From positions 1 through 30,482 of the IMG/VR virus record IMGVR_UViG_3300044676_003370: 30,482 nt of DNA. One strand, 5' to 3'. The translations under genes and the position numbers were made by a program. The notes under the pieces were generated by a model, which did not search any database, was not told the origin of the DNA, and was given only the letters and a program-made list of their open reading frames with translations. Below, one piece after another: positions 8,552-18,000 of the stretch; position 1 is the first letter of the stretch; every line of letters starts with the position of its first letter. This DNA comes from a virus (Duplodnaviria; Caudoviricetes).

Positions 8552-8761
8552 ATGGACATTCAGTGTTCTAACTGCGTGGAGACTGTCTCCATCAACCTCG
8601 CTGCAGGCGAGGTCTCTCACACCACTAAGGCTCACGGGCGCGGCTCGAAGCGCGTCGAAGCCACCACCACCACGAATCCCGTCTTCGACGAGGGCGCCAT
8701 CTACGCATGGGAAGCGCCCTGCTGCGTCGACTACTGGGATTCCTACGAGAAGGGAGCCTGA
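8552..8761 (+). CDS. Hypothetical protein
   Basis: RBS after promoter; CxxC. Confidence 0.7.
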   Translation: MDIQCSNCVETVSINLAAGEVSHTTKAHGRGSKRVEATTTTNPVFDEGAIYAWEAPCCVDYWDSYEKGA

Positions 8762-8762
8762 C

Positions 8763-8975
8763 ATGGCGCTTGACACACTGACCCTAACCCCGGGCGCGAT
8801 CGTCACCTACGACGACATCGCTAACCCGCTCACCACCTACGAAGTCGTCGAAAAAGTCACCGACCGCTGGGCGACGTTCTTCCGCTTGAAGAACCTCGAC
8901 GACGACACCGACACCGAATTGAAATCATCCGACTGCCGTCAACACGGCTGGAACCTCGTAAGGGAGGGACGATGA
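8763..8975 (+). CDS. Hypothetical protein
   Basis: Packing, RBS. Confidence 0.7.
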   Translation: MALDTLTLTPGAIVTYDDIANPLTTYEVVEKVTDRWATFFRLKNLDDDTDTELKSSDCRQHGWNLVREGR

Positions 8976-9343
8976 CCACCACCATCCACGACGCCCTCGA
9001 AATAGCGTCCACCATCAAGCGACAGATCGGCATCGACGCATGGCTGGCTGTCAGCGCCCGCGATCCCCGCTACTACTCGACCGACGACGGCAACGTCACG
9101 TTCATGTTCCGGTTTGGTAGCCGCTACGGGCTCGCCAAGTGGTGCGAGATCACCTACAAGCGCGGCGCCGACACCTACGACATGGTCGCCTACAAGGTGC
9201 ATCGCAACGGCGTGAAGAAGACGCTCAGCATCGCCTCGAAGTACGAGCCCGATGGCGTCGAGAGCGCGTCCTACAGCAACGTCTACTTCGACATGCTGCC
9301 GTCACTGGTGCGGCAAGCCAACACGATCGGAGAACTGTCATGA
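8972..9343 (+). CDS. Hypothetical phage protein
   Basis: ATGA overlap, RBS GGGAGG. Confidence 0.75.
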   Translation: MTTTIHDALEIASTIKRQIGIDAWLAVSARDPRYYSTDDGNVTFMFRFGSRYGLAKWCEITYKRGADTYDMVAYKVHRNGVKKTLSIASKYEPDGVESASYSNVYFDMLPSLVRQANTIGELS

Positions 9344-9507
9344 TCGAGATCGTTGACGCGCTCTGCCCCGTGTGCTGCAGCACGAGCGACCACTGTCAGG
9401 GTCACGGTGAGATCGGCGACCCTGACGGGTTCGCCATCTTGCAGGCCCACGACAACGACGACCATTCCGGCTGCTGGCAGCACGCCGGGGAATGTGTAGG
9501 ACTGTGA
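9340..9507 (+). CDS. Cys/His-rich hypothetical protein
   Basis: ATGA overlap; CPVC..HCQGHG. Confidence 0.6.
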   Translation: MIEIVDALCPVCCSTSDHCQGHGEIGDPDGFAILQAHDNDDHSGCWQHAGECVGL

Positions 9508-9779
9508 TGAAGGTATCTGTTGAGTACGGCGCTCAGCCGTCACGCGAGTTTGAGGGCGACATCGCCGAGATCACACCCCTCGTTATGAACGCGGTGCGAG
9601 ATGGTCTCGTGTACGGCGACTACATCGTCGTCACGACGGAGTTGGCTGACATGCACTGGTGCGCGAAGTGCGGAACGACTGTGTCGACGCTGGCGCGGCG
9701 CGGTCAGGCTACGGAGGCGACGAAGGGTTATTTCGCGTGCCCGAAGTGCGGGTACATGAAGGAGGGAGTGCTGCCGTGA
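9504..9779 (+). CDS. Hypothetical protein with C-terminal zinc ribbon
   Basis: CAKC...CPKC; start 9504 or 9507. Confidence 0.65.
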   Translation: MMKVSVEYGAQPSREFEGDIAEITPLVMNAVRDGLVYGDYIVVTTELADMHWCAKCGTTVSTLARRGQATEATKGYFACPKCGYMKEGVLP

Positions 9780-10291
9780 GGTTCTGGCTGAATAGCCCTG
9801 AGGGGTGTCTGCAGTTCGCGGCGTTCGCGCACGCTGGGCAGGTGGATAAGCAGGGTGCCCCGTATGTTGCTCACGTTGCTCGTGTGGGTTCGGCGTTGTG
9901 GCGGTTCGGTCCTGAGTTCATGTCTGCGGGGTATCTGCATGACGTGGTGGAGGACACCGTTTTCACGGTAGATGATCTGTCTAGTATGGGGGCATCGCCT
10001 GAGGTGCTGTCGGCGGTTGAGGCAGTGACCAAGAAGCCCTCGGAGAAGGGCCTAGACGGCTACAGGGCCGCTATTGAGCGGGCTATGGGTGATCCGATCG
10101 GCAAGTGGGTGAAGGCCGCTGACGTGTCTGACAACGCTTCGCGGCTGGATGGGGTGATTTTCGGTCCTGTGCAGCAGAAATTGCAGCAAAAGTACGAGAT
10201 GGCTGAGCGGTTGATCGCTGAGGAGATCGAGGGCTACCGGGTAGGCGCTGGCCTGTACCCCCCCGAGGTGCTGTACCTAACCCGGGTTTGA
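9776..10291 (+). CDS. Stand-alone HD hydrolase, Mesh1/small alarmone hydrolase-like
   Basis: AHAGQVDKQGAPYVAH, LHDVVEDT, VKAADVSDN; GTGA overlap. Confidence 0.85.
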   Translation: MRFWLNSPEGCLQFAAFAHAGQVDKQGAPYVAHVARVGSALWRFGPEFMSAGYLHDVVEDTVFTVDDLSSMGASPEVLSAVEAVTKKPSEKGLDGYRAAIERAMGDPIGKWVKAADVSDNASRLDGVIFGPVQQKLQQKYEMAERLIAEEIEGYRVGAGLYPPEVLYLTRV

Positions 10292-10297
10292 TACGCT
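10276..10297 (+). promoter_or_regulatory. Repeated phage promoter, class A (left arm only)
   Basis: CCTAACCC-gggtt-TGaTACGCT, same spacing as the 8503 copy. Confidence 0.55.
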
Positions 10298-10322
10298 CTG
10301 AGTGTCTAGGAGAGGAGACACC

Positions 10323-10565
10323 ATGAGTAATTTCATGCTTTCGTATGAGACAAGTGTTGACGGCATCAATCGTGCATTTTTCTCGACGTATCAGGATGCC
10401 AAAGAAGCAGGCGATCAGTTGAACACTTATTACATCGTGCCGAACGTCGAACTTTCGCGCCTTGTTCCTGCTGGGCGTGATTACGAACGCGGAATCTTTG
10501 ACGAGCATGGCAATCGCTTTGCAGCCATCAGCACACCTGTTGTGAAGAAAGAGTGGGAGGACTAA
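10323..10565 (+). CDS. Hypothetical protein
   Basis: RBS GGAGAGGAG. Confidence 0.7.
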   Translation: MSNFMLSYETSVDGINRAFFSTYQDAKEAGDQLNTYYIVPNVELSRLVPAGRDYERGIFDEHGNRFAAISTPVVKKEWED

Positions 10566-10567
10566 TT

Positions 10568-10738
10568 ATGACCTGCAAAACGTGCGCCAAGACCATCGAC
10601 GCCCTAGAAGCGTTCCCCGGCGGCATCTGCGTCGACTGCTACGCCGCAACCCCCGCCGGACAAGCCCCCGTCACCGCCGAGCAGTTGACCGCTATGTGGG
10701 GTGGCCCCGTAACCAAAACGATCACTTGGGAGGACTAA
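10568..10738 (+). CDS. Small zinc-finger protein
   Basis: CKTC...CVDC. Confidence 0.65.
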   Translation: MTCKTCAKTIDALEAFPGGICVDCYAATPAGQAPVTAEQLTAMWGGPVTKTITWED

Positions 10739-11115
10739 TGGAAACCTTTTTCAACAAGAGTCAGCGATCGGTGACCACCGAGTTCCCGCTCACCGGAGAA
10801 CCGATCAGCAGCAGCGCCAACAGCAGCAGCCCGACCCTGAAACTACGGGTCAGCCATTCCGCTTCCGCTAAGGCGCTCACCGCCAGCGTGTCCTACGTCG
10901 AGAAGGACACGGGCGCCGGATACGCGATCGAGCACTGGCAGTCCGACTGGCCGCTGATCCGAGTCGCGTCGAAGCCCGTGAGCCGCTACAGCGCGAAGAC
11001 CCTGCTCACGTTCGCTGAGGAGACCCTGCGGGCACTGACCTACGGCGCCTACGACGACAACGAGACCATCGCGGCCCTTCGTGACCGCGTGATCACCGAG
11101 GAGGTGGCAGCATGA
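10738..11115 (+). CDS. Hypothetical protein (METFFNK...)
   Basis: TAATG overlap, GGGAGG RBS. Confidence 0.7.
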   Translation: METFFNKSQRSVTTEFPLTGEPISSSANSSSPTLKLRVSHSASAKALTASVSYVEKDTGAGYAIEHWQSDWPLIRVASKPVSRYSAKTLLTFAEETLRALTYGAYDDNETIAALRDRVITEEVAA

Positions 11116-11264
11116 CCCATCAACCGAAATGCGCTCAATGCAAGCACCCGGCAACCTTGTACGCGATCGACCCGATCCCTAATGGCTGGGGCGACTACTA
11201 CTGCCTCAGCCACAAGCCGAACGGCTGGCAGATCACTGACTACCTCTACCCGAACGGAAGGTGA
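11112..11264 (+). CDS. Small zinc-finger protein (MTHQPKCAQC...YCLSH), not in ORF track
   Basis: ATGA overlap, GGAGG RBS. Confidence 0.6.
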   Translation: MTHQPKCAQCKHPATLYAIDPIPNGWGDYYCLSHKPNGWQITDYLYPNGR

Positions 11265-11268
11265 CAAC

Positions 11269-11478
11269 ATGACAACCGAGACCCCGATCATCATCGAACC
11301 GTTCCCCCTCGTCGACTACATCGTCCAATACGAGTCCGGCGAACTAGACGACACTGAAACGATCCGCCTGTTCCAGTTCCTCGTCGACACCGGACAGGCT
11401 TGGTATCTCCAAGGCCACTACGGTCGCACCGCTACCGCACTGATCGACGCGGGGATCGTGACCACACAAACCACCTGA
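11269..11478 (+). CDS. Conserved phage hypothetical protein (YESGEL...LQGHYGR)
   Basis: Motif familiar from phage hypotheticals; start reassigned. Confidence 0.75.
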   Translation: MTTETPIIIEPFPLVDYIVQYESGELDDTETIRLFQFLVDTGQAWYLQGHYGRTATALIDAGIVTTQTT

Positions 11479-11629
11479 GGGTTTGCTTGGGTTACCTCAG
11501 GTCCGAGGCAGGGACGTCAAACCCGTTTCGTATCCTTTCGGGCAAGGACGTTCATGATGGTTACTCCAATCGCCGAAGACGTACCTACGTCCCCGCCTCA
11601 CCCCCCAATACCCCGGTACACTGGCTCGA

Positions 11630-11791
11630 ATGGAAGGCCAAGGTGCCGGGGTTCCGTCTGACCTGAGCCCGCTCGGAATGTGGGCGGCTCAGGCGCACGA
11701 GATGTACCTATCTCTGCTGGAAGCCGGATTCACCGGACCCGAAGCCCTCACGATCCTCGTCGGGATGACCCGACAGGCCGACACGGATTGA
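11630..11791 (+). CDS. Small helical phage protein (…HEMYLSLLEAGF…EAL), not in ORF track
   Basis: TACACT 7 nt before ATG; directly precedes portal. Confidence 0.6.
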   Translation: MEGQGAGVPSDLSPLGMWAAQAHEMYLSLLEAGFTGPEALTILVGMTRQADTD

Positions 11792-11802
11792 GTGGGAGAC
11801 GC

Positions 11803-13284
11803 ATGGCACCCCGAGTAGATATGCAAGAACTCGGCACCACTGGCCTGAAGCGCACAAGCGGTTTCATCTACGACGAGTTCCTCACCCGCCTACAAGGCAT
11901 CCAAGGCATCAAAACGTACCGGGAGATGTCGGACAACGACCCCGTCATCGGCGCGGTCCTGTACGCCATCGAGAAAGTCATCACCCGCCTCGAATGGCGC
12001 GTCGACCCGTACAGGGATCAGTCAAAAGACGGCGACCCCGAAGACGCCGACGTGGAGACCGCCGCGTTCATCGAGAGTTGCCTCAACGACATGAGCGACT
12101 CGTGGGATGCGACGCTGTCACAGATCCTGTCGATGATCATTTACGGCTGGTCATTCCACGAGATCGTGTACAAGAAGCGCATCGGCCCCGATCAGAAAGA
12201 CCCCACGAAGCGGTCGAAGTTCAGCGACGGGAAGATCGGCTGGCGCAAGTGGGCGATCCGAGGTCAAGAAACCCTGTATTTGTGGACGTTCGACGACGAC
12301 GGCGGTATTCAAGGGATGCAACAAGTCGACCCGTACACGGGCCACGGCAGAGTTGACATCCCCATCGAGAAGGCGCTGCTGTTCCGCACCACGGCAGCGA
12401 AAAACAATCCCGAAGGCCGCTCCCTGCTCCGCAACGCCTACCGCCCGTGGTGGTTCAAGCGCCGCATCGAGGAGATCGAAGCGATCGGTATCGAACGTGA
12501 CCTAGCCGGTCTGCCGATCGCTTACGTCCCGCCAGAGTATTTGAGTTCCTCCGCGACAACCGAACAGCAAGTCGTGCTCGCGGCGATCAAGCAAATCGTC
12601 ACATCAGTGAAGCGGAACGAAAACGAAGGCATCGTTTTCCCGCAGGTGTACGACGAATCCGGTAAGCCCCTGTTTGACTTGAAACTACTATCGAGCGGCG
12701 GCACTAGGCAGTTCGATATTGACAAGACCATCACTCGCCTCGACCAACGCATCGCCATGAGCGTCTTGTCGGACTTCATTCTGCTCGGGCAGGACCGTGT
12801 CGGTTCGTTCGCGCTCGGCGCTACGAAGATGGACTTGTGGAGCATGTCGGTCGATTCGATCGCTAAGACGATCGCTGACACGGTGAATCAGCACGCTATT
12901 CCCCGCCTGCTGCGGTTGAACGGCATGGATTCGCATCGCCCCCCGACATTGCAGTACAGCGAGGTCGCCCACATCGACCTGACGGAGATCAGCGACTTCA
13001 TCTCGAAGATGGCTGCAGCCGGGGTGCTCGCACCTGACCCGACGCTGGAAGATCATCTGCGGGATCTCGCTGGTTTGCCGCCCGCGAATCATGACGTGGA
13101 CGAGACGGGCGTCGATACGATGTCACCGGAGGACATGAAGGCTTTGATGGCTTTGCCGCCGCAGCAGCGCATCGTCGCCGAGCGGACAGGTATCGTTCCT
13201 GAGAAGCCCGCGTTCCCCGGCGGTAACCCACCGTTCGGTGGCGCCGCACCTGAGCAGGCCGGAGAAGACGAGCCCGAGGAGTAG
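11803..13284 (+). CDS. Portal protein (DUF935/Mu gp29-like)
   Basis: YREMSDND.VI, YGWS.HEIVYK, NNPEGRSLLRNAY..WWFK; position before MuF. Confidence 0.9.
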   Translation: MAPRVDMQELGTTGLKRTSGFIYDEFLTRLQGIQGIKTYREMSDNDPVIGAVLYAIEKVITRLEWRVDPYRDQSKDGDPEDADVETAAFIESCLNDMSDSWDATLSQILSMIIYGWSFHEIVYKKRIGPDQKDPTKRSKFSDGKIGWRKWAIRGQETLYLWTFDDDGGIQGMQQVDPYTGHGRVDIPIEKALLFRTTAAKNNPEGRSLLRNAYRPWWFKRRIEEIEAIGIERDLAGLPIAYVPPEYLSSSATTEQQVVLAAIKQIVTSVKRNENEGIVFPQVYDESGKPLFDLKLLSSGGTRQFDIDKTITRLDQRIAMSVLSDFILLGQDRVGSFALGATKMDLWSMSVDSIAKTIADTVNQHAIPRLLRLNGMDSHRPPTLQYSEVAHIDLTEISDFISKMAAAGVLAPDPTLEDHLRDLAGLPPANHDVDETGVDTMSPEDMKALMALPPQQRIVAERTGIVPEKPAFPGGNPPFGGAAPEQAGEDEPEE

Positions 13285-13287
13285 ACC

Positions 13288-15051
13288 GTGGCGCTGACTA
13301 TCGGTGGGAAGCGTGTCACGGTGCCGGGTGGTAGCGCCCCTGCGACGCCGTTGTCGCCGTTGGAGCGGCTGCTCGTCGACGGCCTGATCATTGTGAACCG
13401 TGAGATCGTGAACGCGATCAACGCGGAATCGTTCGCTGACGCTATCCGCGGCCTCGACCCTGACATGTTCGACCGCTTGTTGAATGAGGCGCTGCGTTGG
13501 GAGGACGTGCGGGAGATCCTCGATAACGCGCTGCGGGGTGTCGTGTTGGACGGTTCGCTGGCGCAGGCGCGTGACATTATCCGCAACAATCCGCGTATTC
13601 AACAAAGCCCGTTCGCTGACTTGCAGTACACGGGTAGACAGTTACCGAGTGGGATTATTCTTCCGAGCGATTTCGCGCCACCGTCACCTGACGTGGAGTT
13701 CGTGATTTCGACTCCGGTTGAGCAGATGTTCAATTATGTGAGTGAAGCGTCGGTGAATTATTCACGGGTCCGCTCGGGTCAGTTGATTCGATCTATCGAC
13801 GAGTCGACGCGCTTGTCTGTTCGTGAGTTGATTACACAAGCGTTCACGGAGCCGCGTTCGGTGGATGACACGGCCCGCCTTATCCGTAGGATCGTTGGTT
13901 TGCATCCTCGGTGGGCTCGCGCTGTTGAACGGTTTCACGACAAGAACGTGCAGGGTCTTATCCGTGATGGCATGTCGAGTTCGCAGGCTCAGAGGCGTGC
14001 TGATGAGATGACAGCGAAGTATCGGGATAAGTTGATTCGCCGTCGCGCTGAGATGATCGCCCGCACGGAAACGCAGCAGGCGTTGAATTTCGGTCGCCAA
14101 ATGTCGTGGGTGGCGTCGGATCGTGCGGGGCTGGTGGACCCTCGGACGATGAAGGAATGGCGTACGGCGCCGCTTGGGAGCCGTTATGGGCCTCCGTGTC
14201 CGACGTGCACGACGTTGCGGGGTACGCGGGTGGCGTGGAATGGGACTTTCGATAATGGGCAGCAGATGCCGCCTGCTCACCCGAATTGTCGTTGTACGGC
14301 GGTGTTGATTCCTCCGTCTCGTGGGTTGAAGGGTTTGCCGTCGCAGGTGTCGACGGAGTCGTGGATTGCTGAGTTGGAGGCGTTGGAGGCTGAGCAGATC
14401 CGCGAGTTGGAGGCGCAGCGGGTCTCGAAGCATAAGGGCGGCGGTCACGATCAGAAATCGCACGGTGCATGGGCGAAGGGCAAGAAACTACGGAATCAAG
14501 ACGCACCGATGAACCCTGAAACGGCGTGGGTTCATGAAGCAACGTGGTATCACGGAACGTCCCGACCCGATCTGGATGTGTTGGATGCGACGGGCAGGAC
14601 ACGCTATCCCGCGCAGGATAGGTATTACGCAATCCGGGGTGACAATTTCGCTACGACGGATAAAGATTTAGCCGCTCAGTATGCGCGTGAGTCAGCGGAC
14701 ATGGATATTGCGGCTGGTGTCGAGGGTGTGCGCCCGACGGTGTATCGAGTTGTGCCGACGTCGGATTATTTCGACCCTGATCCTCACTCGGGTCCGGGGG
14801 GCTGGAATGACGGCCCCAAGGACATGAATGAGGCATTTTTTTTGCACGACAATGGCGCTGGTATTTCTGTGCGTTTCCATGACGTGATGGATATTGCTGG
14901 TGCGTTTGATGCGGAGACTGGCGAGGAGTTGTCGGTCACGAAGATGCTTGAAATGTTGAAGCATCAGCGTGGGAAGCATGATCAAGCCGTTCATGGGGCA
15001 TGGGCCAAAGGCCGTGTTGATGATATTCGGGAGTATCGAGATGGTGTCTGA
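13288..15051 (+). CDS. MuF head morphogenesis protein fused to a C-terminal Arr-like ADP-ribosyltransferase domain
   Basis: AEMIARTET, KEWRT..CPTC, PPAHPNCRC; then WYHGT...FATTD...YA...VYRVVP..DPDP. Confidence 0.85.
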   Translation: MALTIGGKRVTVPGGSAPATPLSPLERLLVDGLIIVNREIVNAINAESFADAIRGLDPDMFDRLLNEALRWEDVREILDNALRGVVLDGSLAQARDIIRNNPRIQQSPFADLQYTGRQLPSGIILPSDFAPPSPDVEFVISTPVEQMFNYVSEASVNYSRVRSGQLIRSIDESTRLSVRELITQAFTEPRSVDDTARLIRRIVGLHPRWARAVERFHDKNVQGLIRDGMSSSQAQRRADEMTAKYRDKLIRRRAEMIARTETQQALNFGRQMSWVASDRAGLVDPRTMKEWRTAPLGSRYGPPCPTCTTLRGTRVAWNGTFDNGQQMPPAHPNCRCTAVLIPPSRGLKGLPSQVSTESWIAELEALEAEQIRELEAQRVSKHKGGGHDQKSHGAWAKGKKLRNQDAPMNPETAWVHEATWYHGTSRPDLDVLDATGRTRYPAQDRYYAIRGDNFATTDKDLAAQYARESADMDIAAGVEGVRPTVYRVVPTSDYFDPDPHSGPGGWNDGPKDMNEAFFLHDNGAGISVRFHDVMDIAGAFDAETGEELSVTKMLEMLKHQRGKHDQAVHGAWAKGRVDDIREYRDGV

Positions 15052-18000
15052 CGTTGTCGTGAAGCATCAACAGGGTTCGCATGATCAGAAAACTCACGGA
15101 GCGTGGGCGACAGGACGTGCGCCTGTCACGCTTGAGGGAACGGAGCAGTTTGGTTGGGCTGCTCAGGAATACATGGAAAACACTCTCGAACTTGATTATT
15201 TCGCGACAGCCGAGGGAGGTGATGGTGCTGGTCAGTTGAAGGCGGCAGTAGCGAGAAGAATAGCGACGCGAATGTCTGACGTTCCTGCTATGGAAATGGC
15301 TGAGGCCCTTGAATTTGCCGATGAGGATACTTATCTGGACGTGAAGTACGCAACGGGAGGGTTCCAAAATTACGCGGAATACCTAGGGGCTAGACGGGCT
15401 GATCTTCCAACTCCCGCTGAAATATGGGTGCAAGACGAGAATAAAGGCTTGTATCGAACACGCGACCATGATGAAGTTGTTGATCGGGTATTTGTTGTGG
15501 AGGGGAGATTAGCCTTCGTGAGTGAACAGGGAATAACATCATGGAAGGGTGGTGGGGAAGCAGCACCCGTTGGCTCAGAGTTAGCGGAACAATATGCCCG
15601 CGAGGTAGTAGTGTCGGAGTTCCTGAGAAATTGGGCTGCTACGTCTAACGGGAATAACCCTGTATCGCTTGCTCTGCAAGAGGCGGCGGCTGCTGAGTTC
15701 GATATCAAAGGTGCTGCTCCGTGGAAAACGACTACAAGTGTTCGTATGGACAAAGATGACATTCTTAGGACTTCGCAGCCAGTGTTACAGAGGTTCGTTC
15801 GCGAGCAATACAACGAGACGCAGGACTTCCTCAAGGGAACAGATGAGGTTGTTTTGTGGCGGGGGTCCACCCGTGCAAAGAGTGACCCTCTAGTTGAGGC
15901 CGGACTGGCGGCGAGGGAAGAAGGAGGAGCGGCTGAGGTAACGGTGCAGACACGGCCTATGAGTTCATGGTCAATTTCCTCGAAAACGGCGGGTTTCTTT
16001 GCACATGACGCGGCGACCAGCGCCGAATCACCCGCAGTCGTGATGAAGGCAACAATCCCTACAAGCAAGATTCTGTCTACCTCTCTGACGGGGTTCGGCT
16101 CCTACAACGAGTCAGAGTTCGTCACGATTGGCTCAACGTTGCCTGCTCAGGTGGCGGCGAGCGACGCTGTAAACGATATGCGTCCTTTTGATTCATTGTT
16201 CAAGGCCGCTGACATTGTCACAAACATCGACAACGACGACGACAACGCAGACTGGATAAAGCCACTCAACTCCGTCATCAAGCATCAACAAGGCGCGAAC
16301 CCACCATCGGCGAGGCCGTACCCGAAAGACCCCGAGGCTGCGATGATCAAGATCGCCCCGGGGTTGAAGCCCGTGTTGAAGCATCAGCGCGGCAAACACG
16401 ATCAGAGGGCGCATGGTCGACGTGACGGATCGGTGTCCCCGTTCTATGACGAGTTAGATCAAGAGCAGCGGGAAGCACTCGAATACTTGATGGGTGACCG
16501 TGCTTTCCCACCGGGGTACACGGATGAAGGTGTGCCGCCGCCGACGATCACTATCAGCGAATCGCTCGGCAACAAGATCCGCTCAGCCCGCAAGAAGATA
16601 AGCGAGTGGCGTGCCGATCGGGAGCGTCGTGCGTTGGCTCGAATGACACCGGATGAGTTGTCTGCGTTGGGTGCCGCGAATAGGGCGCGTGAAGCGTTAC
16701 GGCAAGGGTTCACTCCTGCGATGGCTAAATCAGTTGATCCGGCGTTGCGTGTGTTGTATCGCGTGTTCGGTGATGTGGTGGAGCCGGAGGTGTGGTTCGC
16801 GCTTGTGCAGAATGAGCGCCCGTTGGAGGAGATTGGCGGGCCGCTTGGGCGGCTGCTGGATGACATGCTGGGTGCAGCGTTGCCGGGGCCTGTGATGATC
16901 AAGTTGGCTCCGGGGTTGCGGCCTGTGTTGAAGCATGAGGGTGGGGGGCATGATCAGAAGTCTCACGGGGTGTGGGCTCGTGGCCGTGCTGGTCAGTTCA
17001 GTGAGTGGGGGGATCGTGCTGGGAGGATTCGTGTGGCTCGGGATGTTGGGCCGGATTTGAGTCGTGTTGCTCGGGTGTTTCAGAAGTCGAAGAATTATGA
17101 GTTGGATGAAGTGTATGAAGAAATGGTGTCGGAGCGTTACGGCGACATCATAGATGAGACTGTTGCGGATCGAGAAGCAGATATTCGCTCAATGGGTCAA
17201 GAAGAATTATTAGATGCTTACGGAATACCAGCGGATACTTTTGTTGGAGCAAGTATCAGGAATGGTAAGTCTTACTCGGAAGCAGTTGAGCAGTTCCGTG
17301 ACATGAAACTCTCGGACGTCCGAGGGCAAGTAGAATCGCAAATGCAAACAGACATGTATTTGGAAGTACGGTCGGCTCTCGAAAACGAATTACTTGACGA
17401 CATACGCCCGGGTCTTGAAGAAATGATGAACATTCGGCATCCGGTGACGATAAATGGTATGCCCGACGAAATTGTTACTGAGATTCAGAGCGTTGAGATT
17501 TACGGTCTCGGCTCAACCGAGCCGAAACTGGAAATCACAGGCACCATCAAAAACTCATCGGGAGAATGGATCGGTGAAGTTTTTGAGCGCGAAATCCGAT
17601 TGTCGGAAACATCAACATCCGGCAGGCCACAGTTGGAAGCCGAGAACAAACTGCTACGCATCAACGATGAGCGCTATCAACGTCAAGGATTCGCCACCGC
17701 GTTCAACGAACGCACCTACGACATGTACATCGCCAACGACATTGACACAGTGTCCGTGTACACGGCGTGGGAAGGTGGAGCGGTGTGGGCGAAGCGCGGA
17801 TTCGACTGGAACCCGAATAGGGGAGCCGACAACATAAATGTGGCGGCATATGCCTTGAATTATGTTGCAGACTCCCCGGATGCTTCATCGAAAACTCGTG
17901 ACCGAGCCCAACAAATGCTGGATGATATGGCTGTATCTAGCGGTGTTGACGATGTTGACTTTCCAACACCGATGGAAGTTGTCATGCTCGGATACACACC

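Noticed and set aside
11554-11661. 35-aa ORF MMVTPIAEDV... after AAGGA
   Set aside because: Pro-rich, overlaps the promoter and start of the better-supported 11630 ORF
1203-11802. ORF-track starts at 1203, 2733, 4827, 9659, 10582 and 11680
   Set aside because: Extensions overlap upstream genes; downstream starts have RBS or stop-start overlaps
14836-15051. Programmed frameshift fusing MuF to the next polyprotein via the T7 run at 14836
   Set aside because: The downstream frame has TGA at 14957; no slippery site seen in the 14960-15051 overlap; ATG 15041 has GGAG upstream
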